Below are positions 10,850 through 21,545 of a stretch of DNA of 64,000 bases, in pieces (the stretch's first letter is position 1; every line of letters begins with the position of its first letter). A program made the translations under genes and the position numbers. Source of the DNA: an uncultured Gemmatimonadaceae bacterium (GTDB lineage Bacteria > Gemmatimonadota > Gemmatimonadetes > Gemmatimonadales > Gemmatimonadaceae); the NCBI GenBank assembly GCA_963829055.1, contig CAWHHI010000020.1:224001-288000 (forward strand), written 5' to 3'. The notes below the pieces were generated by a model. It did not search any database and was not told the origin of the DNA. It worked only from the letters and a program-made list of their open reading frames with translations.

Positions 10850-11127
10850 GTTCCGGGACGCTTCGCCGGCACGCCCTCGAGCATGCCACGCACGCTGAGG
10901 TCCTCGTCAACGTCGGGCCAGTGAATGCCCGTCCCCTCGCCGATGATCTCGTACCGTGACTCGCTGATCGGGCGTCGCGTCGGACAACCGCCACGACCAC
11001 GAGAGCGGGTACGCCGATCGTCCGTCCATCTGCGAGCACGCGCGATGATCATGTCCTCGGTCACCTCGACCGCGGTCACTCGCGCCGTTCCACTGCCACC
11101 GCTATTGGGCTTCGCCGCAGTGCTCAC
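10846..11127 (-). CDS. DUF2442 family protein (putative antitoxin); internal compensating frameshifts
   Basis: VEVTED..LADGRTIGVP (alternate frame)..RYEIIGEGTGIHWPDVDEDLSVRGML. Confidence 0.8.
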   Translation of the reverse strand: MSTAAKPNSGGSGTARVTAVEVTEDMIIARARRWTDDRRTRSRGRGGCPTRRPISESRYEIIGEGTGIHWPDVDEDLSVRGMLEGVPAKRPGT

Positions 11128-11347
11128 GCCAGGCCTCCAGAATCTGCCCTCTGTACTCTAAGATAGTTCGCCGAACAATTGCGAGGTCGCGGGAGGACAG
11201 ACCATGGTTCACCGCCAACTGGATCGGGTCGAGCCAGAACTTGCACGTCGCCCGGTCACGCCTGACATGAACATGCGCTGGCTCGTTGCAGTCGAAGCTG
11301 TAGAAGAAGAACCGGAATGGGCCGGGAATCCCTGAGATCGTCGGCAT
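11102..11347 (-). CDS. DUF4160 family protein (putative toxin)
   Basis: MPTI..GPFRFFFYSFDCNEPAHVHVRR..CKFWLDP..LEAWREH; overlaps the DUF2442 start. Confidence 0.88.
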   Translation of the reverse strand: MPTISGIPGPFRFFFYSFDCNEPAHVHVRRDRATCKFWLDPIQLAVNHGLSSRDLAIVRRTILEYRGQILEAWREHCGEAQ

Positions 11348-11387
11348 CGGTAACAGAAGATGCCGTCGTCGAACCGTTCGCCTCTCA

Positions 11388-13659
11388 TCAGTTCGGTGCC
11401 GACTGTTCCCGAATATCCCGCCGTAGACCTGCGACGATCCCCGAAAACTCCGGCGCCACCCTCAGCGCGGCCATTGGCGGCGAATGCAGCGCAAACGCCG
11501 ACAACAGCGGATCGCGAATCTCCACCGCGTGCCTGAGGAACTCGAGCGCCTCCGCACGACGCCCCGCACTCTCCGCCGCCGGCGCCAGCACCGCCGGCTG
11601 CACGTACTCGTTGCGCGACCGCGCCACCAGCTCGAGATACACCGCGTCCGCCTGTTCCCTGTATCCAAGCCTCGCGCACGCCGCCGCGAGCGCCAGCATC
11701 AGCCACGGATGTCGACCATAACGCGGCAGCAGCGTCGGGATCAGATCCACCATCTCCTGCGCATTGCCACCGTACGCGTGCGCGTTCACGTACGACCACA
11801 CGGCGAAGAACGAGTGCGCGTCGAGCTCCCGCGCACGCCGTGCCTCTACCAGCGCCTCGTCGTACCGTCGCGCGAAGCTCAGGATGATCGAGAGCTGCGA
11901 ATGCGCGATCGCGCTCAGCGGATCGCGCTCGATGATCGACCGCAGCTCGCTGACCGCCTCATCGAACTTGCCACGCGCATAGCACAGATCGAACGCCGCG
12001 TGCATCACGCGCGCCTCCGGATCCGAGGCATCGATCGCCAGCGCACGATTCCACGTCTCCGTCGCACGGTCGGGGTCGAAGTCGATGCACGTCGCCACGA
12101 GCGCCGACGCGGTGTACGCACCCACGAGCGTCTTGTGATGCGCCAGCGCCGACGCCGCGGCCCACTTGGCGCGCGCCGTGATGCGATCCGGCGATGACAT
12201 TCCCCAGAAGCTCGACAGGATCAGCGTCTGCGCGAGGTCCGCCAGCGCCGGCGCGAACTCCGGATCGAGCGCGACGGCCTGCTCCAGTAGATCGATCGCG
12301 GTCAGCAACGACGGCCCACGTTCCTTCATCAGCGGGCGAGCCTTGAGATACAGCTCGTACGCGTCGATGTTGGACGTCGACGGCCTAACGAGCGCGCCGC
12401 CGGCGCCCACTCCGCCGCGCAACGCGACCGCGAGCCGCGACGCGATCGCCGTCGCGATCTCGTCCTGGATGGCGAAGATGTCCGTCAGCTCACGGTCGTA
12501 GCGCTCCGACCAGAGATGATAGCCATCGTTCACGCTGATGAGCTGCGCCGTGATCCGCACGCGATTGCCCGCGCGACGAACGCTTCCCTCGACCACCGCG
12601 CCCGACGTTCAGCTTCTCGCCGATCGCGCGAAAGTCATGCGCCTTCCCCTTGAACGCGAACGCGGACGTTCGCGCCGCCACGCGCAGCCCCGGCACCTGC
12701 GCCAGCGCGTTGATGATCTCCTCGGCTATCCCATCACCGAAGTATTCGTTCTCCGGATCGGCGCTCATGTTCGCGAACGGCAGCACGGCGACGGACGCAT
12801 CCGCGCCGGGCGTCGACGCCCACGGCTGCGCTGGCGCCCGCAGTGCGTCGAGGAAGCGCTCCATCGTCGCGAACCGCTCGTTAGGATCGCGAGCCATGGC
12901 CGTCAGCATTGCGCCGTCGATGTGGCGAGGGATGTCCGGACGTCGCGTGCTGGCGCGCGGCGGCGGGCGGGTGAAGCGCCTAACGAGCAGCGCTTCGACC
13001 GACGGGCCGGAAAACGGCGGCTCACCCACCAGCATCTCGAACAGCACGCACGCCAGGCTGTACTGATCGGACCGCCCGTCCACGTGCGGGTCGGCGGCGG
13101 CCTGCTCGGGGCTCATGTACGCCGGAGTCCCGAGCGTCAGCCCGGCGGTGGTGATGCGATCGTTACCGGCCGGGCTGTGCGCACGAGCGATGCCGAAGTC
13201 CGCGACGAGCGCATGGCCCGACTGCAGCAGGATGTTCTCGGGCTTGATGTCGCGGTGAATCACCCCATTCGCGTGCGCGTACGCGAGCGCGTCGGCGACC
13301 TCACGAGTGATGCGCTGCGCTTCGTGAGTGTCGATGATCCGCTCACGCTCGAGCCGAGTGCGAAGGGATTCGCCGGCGACGAAGGGCATGACGTAGTACA
13401 GGACTCCTTCATCGTCGCCCGAATCGAACAGCGGCAGGATGTTCGGGTGCGCGAGCTTCGCCGTCGTATGAATCTCGGCCAGAAAGCGCTCGGCGCCGAC
13501 AGACGCGGCCACGTCGGCGTGCAGGATCTTGATCGCCACTGGTCGGTCATGACGCTCGTCGTGAGCGAGGTAGACCGTGGCCATTCCCCCTGAGCCGAGC
13601 TCTCGCTCGAGTCGGTACTGGCCGGACAGGGCGGCGGAAAGACGTGTGTCGGTGGGCAC
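11388..13659 (-). CDS. Hanks-type Ser/Thr kinase with TolB-like (SVAVLPF) and TPR domains; frameshift near 12600
   Basis: ELGSGGMATVY, VAIK, HRDIKPEN, DFG, GTPAYMSPEQ; SVAVLPFANMSADPENEYF; VEGSVRRAGNRVRITAQLI; TPR-like helices. Confidence 0.92.
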
Positions 13660-13751
13660 CCTGAATAATGCTACTCCCCACTCAGCGCCGCACGCGGGAA
13701 GCGGTGACGCACGGTTCGAGGACGCGGCCGAGTCGAGTACTTTCCACGCCC

Positions 13752-14408
13752 ATGACCCTCCGCGACTCGCCCTGGTATTCCGCGCTCTCGCCGTACGTCG
13801 AGCGAGACGACCTGACCGTGACACTGGCCCATCCATTTCTGCGGCCGACGGGTGAACGCGTAGGTGAGATTCCCAGCGTCTTCATGCGCTTCCCCATGTG
13901 GCGCGGGGCGCCGTTCGCCGACGACTTCGGGAAGAAGAGCGCGGCGATGGTCGATCTCGATGGCGAGCACCTGTTCGCCGAGCTCGCGATCCTGCGGCTG
14001 CTGGAGCGCGATGGGTGGGAAGGCCGCTGGATCTACACGACCGGAAGCGGCGAGGTCTCGAAGTACCTGTACACGTGGCGTGACGTGCCGCGTCAGGAGC
14101 AGCCGAACCGCCCGATCCAGAACGACGCCGCGCGCGCGCTGCTGTACGCGATCGCCGACCGGTCGGGGAATCGGTACGGCGGATGCTGGGGCGTGTTCGC
14201 CTGGCGCGAGAACAGCTTCGCGTTCTTCGAGGCGAAGCGGCAGGCGTCGCCGAAGGACAAGGAGAAGCTCAAGCCGGCGCAGGAAGCGTGGGTGCGCGCC
14301 GCGCTCTCGCTCCGCGAGCAGCACATGTCGGCGCGCGACTTCGCGTTCGTCCAGTGGGACTACGGTGTGTCATCCCGAGGAGCGCCAGCGACGAGGGACC
14401 TTGTGTGA
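13752..14408 (+). CDS. VRR-NUC-like PD-(D/E)XK fold protein
   Basis: FAELAILRLLERDGWEGRW; GGCWGVFAWRE..FFEAKR..DKEKLKPAQEAWVRA resembles the VRR-NUC G-x-x-D..F-x-E-x-K..D..Q..W pattern. Confidence 0.55.
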   Translation: MTLRDSPWYSALSPYVERDDLTVTLAHPFLRPTGERVGEIPSVFMRFPMWRGAPFADDFGKKSAAMVDLDGEHLFAELAILRLLERDGWEGRWIYTTGSGEVSKYLYTWRDVPRQEQPNRPIQNDAARALLYAIADRSGNRYGGCWGVFAWRENSFAFFEAKRQASPKDKEKLKPAQEAWVRAALSLREQHMSARDFAFVQWDYGVSSRGAPATRDLV

Positions 14409-14474
14409 AGTACTCGTGGTGAGACTGGCCACGATGACGTCACACAAGGTCCCTCGCTGTCGCTCGGGATGACA
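14368..14474. repeat. Family A copy 2; overlaps the 3' end of the VRR-NUC-like gene
   Basis: TGTCATCCCGAG..GAGGGACCTTGTGTGA / TCACACAAGGTCCCTC..CTCGGGATGACA. Confidence 0.9.
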
Positions 14475-14482
14475 GGCCGGCG

Positions 14483-16402
14483 TCACATACCCAGTCGCTC
14501 GTGGAGTAGGCAGATGCTGCTCATCCACATGAGCGTGGAATCCATGCGCGTCCTCGTTGGCCCGTCCATGGACGGGAACGAGTCCAGCAGCCCGACGACC
14601 TTCTTCCGGTCGTAGATCCCCGGCCCGTCGAGCATCTCGCTCCGCAACGTGTCCTGCAGCATCGTGAACAGCTTGCCACCCTGCTGCACCGTGGACGGCG
14701 GCGACATGAACGGGTGCTTTTGTCTCCTGTACACTGTATCCGTGATGACGGGTTTCGCAGCCTCGCGCAGCACCCACTTCTCCGTCATGCCGTTGATCTT
14801 CATCGACACCGGCATCTGCGCCACCGCCTCCACGACGTGATGGTCCAGGAACGGCAGGCGGCCTTCGACCGAGTGCGCCATCTCCATCCGATCGCCGAGG
14901 TTGCTCAGGATGTAGTTAGGCAGCATCGTCTTCGCCCAGACGTAGAGCGACTGATTCACCACGTCACGGCCATCCATCTGCCGCTCGACGTCGAGACAGT
15001 TCATGAGCAGACGATACGTATCGCGGTCGGCATACGCGTTCGTGAAATCATCGCTCGCGACCGAGAGCAGACTGCTACCGATCTGTGACCACGTCTCGAG
15101 CTGCGATGGAACGTAGCCGAGTGCCTGCCTAACGCTTTCGATCCGCGTGCCCGGCTGCGGCATGAGCAGACCCGCCGACACACGATTTGCCGCCTCGAGC
15201 TGCGCGAGCAGCTGCTGCTTCGACGCCGCGTCGAGCCCGTCGCTCCCATACATCACCGCGTCACGCCGGAAGTGGGGATATCCAGCGAGAATCTCGTCGC
15301 TCCCCTCCCCCGTCAGCACGACCTTTACCCCAGAATCACGCACCGCTCGGCTCAACAGATACTTCGCCACCACGTGCGAGTTCGCGAACGGTCGCTCGGC
15401 GTGATACAGCGCGTCCGCGAGATGATCGGCCATGTGCTCCGAACGGATGTCGATGCGACAGAACTCCGCACCGGAGAGCCTGGCCTGCTCCTCGGCGATC
15501 GCCCCTTCGTCGTAGTCGGCGTGGTCGAACGACAGCGTGTACGCGCGCAGCGGTCGCGACGAGAGCTTCGACGCGACGCCGAGCACGGTGCACGAATCGA
15601 TGCCGCCGCTGAGGTAGCAGGCGACGGGAACGTCCGCGCGGAGGCGCAGTCGCACCGCTTCCTCGAACTCGTGCTGGAAGCGCTCGATGTGCTCGCGCGG
15701 ATCCTTCGGGACGACAGCGCCGTCCTTGAGCGGATAGTCCCAGTCCCAGTACTGCGTGACGCGTACGTGCTCGCCGTCGGTCATGAGATAGCTCCCCGGC
15801 GGAAGCTGATAGATCCCCTCGAACAGCGAGCGATCGGGCGCGTGCGTGACGAAGTGAATGTCGTAGAGCGTGTCGCGATCCCAGCGCAGCGGGACGCCGA
15901 ACTCCGCGAACGCCTTGATCTCCGACGCGAGATAGAAGGTGCCGTTATGCACCGTGTAATACATCGGCTTGATGCCGAACCGATCGCGCGCCGCGAACAG
16001 GACGCCGTCGCGCTCATCCCAGATCGCGTAGGCGAATTCACCGCGCAGCGCGTGAACCGACCGCGCGCCGCGATCCTCGAAGAGGTGAAGCGCGATCTCC
16101 GAGTCCGAGCGGGTGTTGAAGACGTGACCCTGCTTCTCCAACTCGCAGCGGATGCGCTCGAAGTCGTAGAACTCGCCGTTGGCGACGATGCGAAGCTGCT
16201 GGTTCTCGTTGGCGATCGGCTGATCGCCGGTCGCCAGGTCGATGATGCTCAGACGCGCGTGGCCGAGCCCGGCGCGACAGCGCGGGTCGACCCAGACGCG
16301 ATGCGCGTCGGGGCCGCGATGGTGGAGCTTACGCGACGCGCGATGGAGGGCGTCGGCGGAGACACTGCCCTGACGCGAGACTGCTGCTACGATGCCGCAC
16401 AT
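14483..16402 (-). CDS. asnB: Asparagine synthase (glutamine-hydrolysing)
   Basis: MCGI N-terminus, HRGPD, RLSIIDL, NGEFY, DSE, RDRFGIKPMYY, LSGGIDS, LTGEGSDE, DRMEMAHSVEGRLPFLDH. Confidence 0.95.
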   Translation of the reverse strand: MCGIVAAVSRQGSVSADALHRASRKLHHRGPDAHRVWVDPRCRAGLGHARLSIIDLATGDQPIANENQQLRIVANGEFYDFERIRCELEKQGHVFNTRSDSEIALHLFEDRGARSVHALRGEFAYAIWDERDGVLFAARDRFGIKPMYYTVHNGTFYLASEIKAFAEFGVPLRWDRDTLYDIHFVTHAPDRSLFEGIYQLPPGSYLMTDGEHVRVTQYWDWDYPLKDGAVVPKDPREHIERFQHEFEEAVRLRLRADVPVACYLSGGIDSCTVLGVASKLSSRPLRAYTLSFDHADYDEGAIAEEQARLSGAEFCRIDIRSEHMADHLADALYHAERPFANSHVVAKYLLSRAVRDSGVKVVLTGEGSDEILAGYPHFRRDAVMYGSDGLDAASKQQLLAQLEAANRVSAGLLMPQPGTRIESVRQALGYVPSQLETWSQIGSSLLSVASDDFTNAYADRDTYRLLMNCLDVERQMDGRDVVNQSLYVWAKTMLPNYILSNLGDRMEMAHSVEGRLPFLDHHVVEAVAQMPVSMKINGMTEKWVLREAAKPVITDTVYRRQKHPFMSPPSTVQQGGKLFTMLQDTLRSEMLDGPGIYDRKKVVGLLDSFPSMDGPTRTRMDSTLMWMSSICLLHERLGM

Positions 16403-16669
16403 GTATGGATCTCCCTCGCGGCCGGCGACAGGAAATCAACCGACCGCATTTGGTTAGAGCTTTCTGAATTTCCGGAAGATCGGGTTTTCGGGGGCCGCAG
16501 CAAGCCGACAGGAGTGGGGATCGAACCCTGTCGATGGTCAGGGATTCACGGGGAGAGCCTGCGGTGAAACGGCTCTGACAGCATTGGAACGATTGTACTG
16601 ACCTGAAAGCTTCGCTCTAGCGTTGCGGGAGCGTCAGGGGACTCGCAAGCGCGAGCGTCCCATAGCCGT

Positions 16670-16696
16670 AATCCTGTCAATCCTGCCAATCCTGTC
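16670..16696. repeat. Family D left arm: 3 x 9-mer AATCCTGYC
   Basis: AATCCTGTC AATCCTGCC AATCCTGTC, ending 26 bp before the GxxExxY start codon. Confidence 0.85.
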
Positions 16697-16722
16697 TGCT
16701 GTTCTTTTCCCGAGATTCTGTC

Positions 16723-17140
16723 ATGCAGCACGCAGACATCACCGAGAAGGTCATCGGGTGCTCCATGAAGGTGCACCGGCACGCTCGGCCCCGGCTACCT
16801 GGAATCAGTGTATCGCAACGCGCTCGCGCACGAGCTTCAGCAGCGGGCCATACCGTTCGAACGAGAGAAGCGCGTGCGAGTTTGGTATGACGGCATCGTC
16901 GTCGGCGATTACTCCGCTGATCTGCTGGTCCAGGAGTGCGTGCTGGTCGAGGTCAAAGCTGTCCGCTGCCTCGCTCCCGGCCACGAGGCGCAGTTGGTCA
17001 ACTATCTGACTGGGATCCAGTTGGACGTTGGACTGCTCATCAACTTCGGCGCGGAGAGTCTGGAGTTCAGACGAAAGGCCCGGGCGTATCAGCCACGCCA
17101 GAAAAACGCGACAGGATTGACAGGATTGGCAGGATTGTGA
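16723..17140 (+). CDS. GxxExxY family protein (PD-(D/E)XK-like); frameshift near 16778
   Basis: MQHADITEKVIGCSMKVH / TLGPGYLESVYRNALAHEL..ADLLVQECVLVEVKA..HEAQLVNYL..GLLINFG. Confidence 0.92.
17110..17136. repeat. Family D right arm: 3 x 9-mer GRCAGGATT
   Basis: GACAGGATT GACAGGATT GGCAGGATT is the reverse complement of the left arm (25 of 27 positions). Confidence 0.85.
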
Positions 17141-17212
17141 CGGCGGTAATCGTGTCATGCTCCTTCAGTTGCGCGACTGCGACCGCCGACCGCAGGATAG
17201 GTTTTCTATATC

Positions 17213-17626
17213 ATGTCCGACGCACCAGTACTTCTCTACGACGGCCTCTGTGGCTTCTGCGACGGCACCGTGCAGTTCATCCTCGAGCACGATCGCCGAG
17301 GGGCGCTTCGCTTCGCGACGCTGCAGGGTGACTTTGCTCGCGGCGTGATCGAACGGCACCCCGAGCTCGCGGGGGTCGATTCACTCGTGCTTGTCGAGCG
17401 CGGTGCGTCAGGGGAGGAGCGGATCTACGTCCGCTCAGAGGGCGCATTGCAGGTCGCGAAATATCTCGGCGGCGCATGGACGCTCGCGCGTGGGCTCAGG
17501 ATCGTGCCGCGATTTCTGCGCGACCTCGTGTACGACGGCTTCGCGCGCGTCCGATACCGGGTCTTCGGCCGCTACGACGCCTGCCCGATCCCGAGCGCGG
17601 AGCAGCGGGCTCGCTTCATCGACTAG
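17213..17626 (+). CDS. DCC family thiol-disulfide oxidoreductase (DUF393)
   Basis: LLYDGLCGFC, LRFATLQ, RSEGAL, RDLVYDGFARVRYRVFG..C. Confidence 0.93.
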   Translation: MSDAPVLLYDGLCGFCDGTVQFILEHDRRGALRFATLQGDFARGVIERHPELAGVDSLVLVERGASGEERIYVRSEGALQVAKYLGGAWTLARGLRIVPRFLRDLVYDGFARVRYRVFGRYDACPIPSAEQRARFID

Positions 17627-17634
17627 CGTGGGTC

Positions 17635-17804
17635 GTCATTCCGAGCGGGCTTGTCATTCCGAGCGAGCGTCAGCCGGGTGCCCGCAACGCGGGCGCACGA
17701 GGAATCGAGACCGTACAGGTAGAGAGCCCTCTATCCGGACGATCAGCGATTCCTCACGCGCCCAGAGGGCACTCGCGGCCTTCGGGCCTCCGCTCGGAAT
17801 GACA
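17635..17804. repeat. Family B copy 4
   Basis: Doubled left arm; inner segment GAGGAATCGAGACCGTACAGGTAGAGAGCCCTCTATCCGGACGATC matches copy 3. Confidence 0.9.
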
Positions 17805-17827
17805 ACCCGCTCGGAGCGACACCAGGG

Positions 17828-19201
17828 CTACCGATTGAACGGCTGCTCCTGAATCCAGTTGAACTTGCGGCTGACCAGATTCAACCGATTCGGGTCGAAG
17901 CGCCGAAGTCGCACGACGAGCGAGTCGGCACCGACCTTCCCCGCCAACACGAGATGCTCGGCGTCTGGTTTCGTGTAGGTCATGGTCCGCCCCTGCTTCG
18001 GATTGAACCGATTCGTGAGCGTGAGCTCCGGCTTGGTGCTGTCCGCCTTCACGGCATAACGCTCCACAGAGTCCGACATTGAGCGGAACACCGCGCGGTT
18101 GAACTCGCCGAACACGACCCGCTTGAGGAGAAGCGAATCCGAGAGGAGCAGTGGTTGGTCGACGCCGTTCTTCGTCAGTGACTCGACGTCCCAGATCCCA
18201 TGGACCGGAAGCTTCGGCGCGTTCGGTCCGGTCAACGTGCGATAGTAGCCGAGTCCTCCGGAGAGGTTCGTGTACATGTTGTAGCCCACGAAGCACGTGA
18301 CGATGACGGTCGCGATGACCCTCGCGCGCCACGTCGAGAACAGCGGTGGCATCACCCGCGGCGCGACGGGCCGGTTGAGCACGAGCGCGTTCAGCAGTCG
18401 CTTCGCGTCGGGCGCGGCGAGGAAGATCGCCATGAGCAGCAGGTGCGTCGAGTACAGCTTGACCGGCACATCGAACGTGTAGTTGAGCAGCACGACGTTC
18501 GCGAGCACGCCGCAGAGCAGGAGCGCGCCTAACGTCGTCGTGCGGCGGAACACCAGCAGGAAGCCGCCGATGGCCTCGCCGAATCCGGTGAAGCTCTGGT
18601 AGATGGCGGAGTGACCCATGAACGCCCAGAGGACGCCCATGGGCGAGAATTCCCCGTACGGCTCGACGAGCCGGTCCAGCATCGGCGCCGGCATCTGCGT
18701 GGGGATGATCTTCGCGAATCCGTAGCCGAACATGATGCTCATGAGCCCGAAGCGGACGTACACCTGCAGCCACTGGCTCAGGCGTCCGTACTCACGTCGC
18801 TTGCGGTCGAGGAGCGTCCAGATGACTGTGATGCCTAACGCGAGCAGCAGGCAGTTCACCAGCGACGCATAGTTCATCATGGTGTCACCGCTGCCGGTCG
18901 GCACGACGGGCACCGGTTTCTCGAGCCCCAGGATGTGCGTCTCGGTCCAGAGCGCGAGCCACTGTTCGCCCTTCCCCCACCAGCGCGCTGGGTTCCATGA
19001 GCCGGGGATGATCCCGAGCGGGAACGGGATCAGGTAGAGCACGAAATACGCGAACAGGAAGCGGAAGCCGATGCGCTTGGCGGCGCTCCACTCCATGGCC
19101 GGCGATGTCGCGGATTCGCCGTTAGGCGATGGCGCACCCTTGGGGCGGATGAACTCGATGGGATCGAGGGTCGTGCGTTCGGGCACCTGCGTGGCGGACA
19201 T
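17828..19201 (-). CDS. DoxX-like multi-pass membrane protein
   Basis: IGFRFLFAYF, TGSGDT, YGFAKIIPTQ, YGEFSPMGVLWAFMGHS, RRTTTLGALL, NYTFDVPVK, C-terminal FNWIQEQPFNR. Confidence 0.75.
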   Translation of the reverse strand: MSATQVPERTTLDPIEFIRPKGAPSPNGESATSPAMEWSAAKRIGFRFLFAYFVLYLIPFPLGIIPGSWNPARWWGKGEQWLALWTETHILGLEKPVPVVPTGSGDTMMNYASLVNCLLLALGITVIWTLLDRKRREYGRLSQWLQVYVRFGLMSIMFGYGFAKIIPTQMPAPMLDRLVEPYGEFSPMGVLWAFMGHSAIYQSFTGFGEAIGGFLLVFRRTTTLGALLLCGVLANVVLLNYTFDVPVKLYSTHLLLMAIFLAAPDAKRLLNALVLNRPVAPRVMPPLFSTWRARVIATVIVTCFVGYNMYTNLSGGLGYYRTLTGPNAPKLPVHGIWDVESLTKNGVDQPLLLSDSLLLKRVVFGEFNRAVFRSMSDSVERYAVKADSTKPELTLTNRFNPKQGRTMTYTKPDAEHLVLAGKVGADSLVVRLRRFDPNRLNLVSRKFNWIQEQPFNR

Positions 19202-19334
19202 CAGCGAGGCTCCATGGACGTGGCGACTCGCGAAGCTAGAGTCGTGTCACGCGTCTCGCGAGGGCGACCTGATACGGTTCGTCCCATGTCTGGCGATGGC
19301 GCTGGATCCTGGTGCGACGATGGCGCTGATCCTG

Positions 19335-19700
19335 GATCGTCGCGCCGGAGCCGGTGGGAACTACGATTGGGCGGATGACACGGAAAACGGCCGGATACGA
19401 CTTTGCATTGACGCTGGCTCTCGCCGGACCCTGAATGAAAAGAGGAACGGCCGCTCGGGACGCGCAGTGCGTCCCGAGCGGCCGTTCCCAAGAAATCCCG
19501 GCTCGTGGCGAGAGGAGCCGGACTCTACCGAGCGCTATCCTGCTTCTTCCGTGTCATCCGCCAAATCGCGGTTCCCACCGGCCCCGCGCAACGATGGCGG
19601 GAGTGCAAAGCCGTATCCGGCAGTTTCGCAGTACAGATCCGCCCAATCGTAGTCCCCACCGGCTCCGGCGCGATGATGCCTGAATGCAAAGCGTCGCGAC
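19335..19700. repeat. Long multi-hairpin element, family C copy 1
   Basis: Shares blocks with 35735-36100 and 39275-39852; central perfect 20-bp stem GGAACGGCCGCTCGGGACGC. Confidence 0.9.
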
Positions 19701-19745
19701 GAACCATCGCGGCACACCTAACGCCACGCCGACCATACTAACCAG

Positions 19746-21046
19746 CTATGGTGCCGTGACGATAAGCGGCCCGAGCTCGAACTCGATGTTCTCCAGCGGA
19801 CTGAACACGAGGATCGGACCGAAGGCCGTCGTCCCGCCGCCCCAGAGAATCCCGTAGAGCGTCACGTCGTTCGTGAACGCCGCCTGACTCCCGAAGATCG
19901 GGGAACCGCTATCGCCGCCTGCGTTCCCCGACAACACCTCGTCCTGGCACAGCTGAACGATGTCGGTATCCGTGACGCCGACGTCCACACACGTGCGCGA
20001 CGACGGTACCGACCGTCCATCCCGTCGTCCGTCCAATCTTGTCCAGCGTCTCACCGAAGATGGAGAACGGCTGCCGGTCGGTGATCGTGAACGTCGGTTG
20101 CTGGTCATAGATCGTGAGCGGGCCGGATGTCAGACCGCGGAACGTCGTCTGGGCGATCGCGCCGACTCTCGCATCTGTCCCCGAGAAGTACCGCGCGAGG
20201 GATGCGTCGCTGAAGCGGCAGCGGCGGTGGAGATAGCACCCATCGGTGAAGTACTCCGGATCGAGGTGCTCGATCGCGATCAGGTTGGCGGGCAGCGGCG
20301 TCGGCTGGAAAATCTCGGTGTGCTGCACGCCACCCTGCGTCCCGCTGCAGTGCGAGTTCGTGACGAGGTACGTGTCCGAGCTCTGCGCACTACGTGCATT
20401 GAACCCGAGCGTGCAGACGAAGAAGAATCCCGGCGGAAGGTCGGCACTGTTGAACGCGATCTGCAGCCCGCCCACGGTCGGGCGAATCCTGTCGCGCAGC
20501 GTGGCGAGGAATCGGATGGGCTCCGCGTCCTCGACGGTGAACGCATCGGGCGGGACATTGAGCTTGGCGATCTCCGATTCGAAGAGCTCGTGCGACGTTC
20601 CCTTCTCCACACCAATGCGCAGGTGATTGTTCGACTCGTCGATATCGAGGATAGACGAATCTCGGAAGATCGGCCGACTCGCGAATGCGCGTCCGCCAGT
20701 CCGTGAGGCGGACGTAGTCGAACTTCGCCGGGCGTACCTGAATTCGACTGACGTCCACTCCGCGGAACAGGGCTGGGCGCGCCGCAATCGCCTGCTTCGC
20801 CGCGGCGGCCTGGTTCGGGTCGGTCAGGTGGAGGACCGCTGACCCGTCAGGCGCGCGCGATAGCCCGCCGAACCCCGGGACCGTGCGCGCAATCTGCGCG
20901 AACTCGCGATCGAGTCCTCGCAACGCGCGCCGAGCTTGAGGACTCGCGGGCGGCCTGGCGCCGCTGGGTCCGACCGGGTCACTACAGGCGCTGGCGATGA
21001 ACGCCAGCGCGACGACACCGAACCGCGCCGTGGTGCGCGTACGCAT
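19746..21046 (-). CDS. Lipoprotein S1 (chymotrypsin/alpha-lytic-like) serine protease; several frameshifts
   Basis: Lipobox-like IASACS; CTLGF..VTNSHC (His), DASLA (Asp), KIGRTTGWT, GGDSGSP (Ser), GILWGG, spread over three ORFs. Confidence 0.82.
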
Positions 21047-21545
21047 GGAGCCTTCCTCACCGACGAGGGCCAGGACGCGTGCAGAGACGGCGACCCGCAT
21101 CAGGTCCGTCGGCCCCCGTGCAGCGCGGACCCGCGTGCGCCGAGCTGGCCGCCGAAGGGCCCGCCATGCTATGTGGTGTCCGCTACGGTGTCAAAGTCAG
21201 CCGTTAGGCGGCGCCGCTCCTCAAAGATCAGCCCGCCACGAATACGCGCCTCGTGCCTAACGCTTCCTGGCACACGTATCCGCGAATTCGCGAGGCGAGA
21301 TCCACGATCGCGGCGTGCGCATCGCACCGGATGGGCGGCGACGAGATGCCGCCGGAACCGAGGGCCGCAGCAACGGGCGTCGGACACGGAATCCTTATCG
21401 GCCAAGACGACAGGCGCGCCCACGCGTGCATCCCGTCGCACGGCGCGCCAACCCAGTCAATGGCCCCGCTCGCGGCGGTTGCCGTCTTCGCGGTAAATTC
21501 CGGAGGACGTCGTGATACCCGATGACCCTTACCCTCGAGCGCCAC

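Noticed and set aside
14483..16402. asnB as a lasso-peptide cyclase
   Set aside because: It has an intact MCGI glutaminase N-terminus, and no precursor, B1/RRE or B2 protease gene is nearby.
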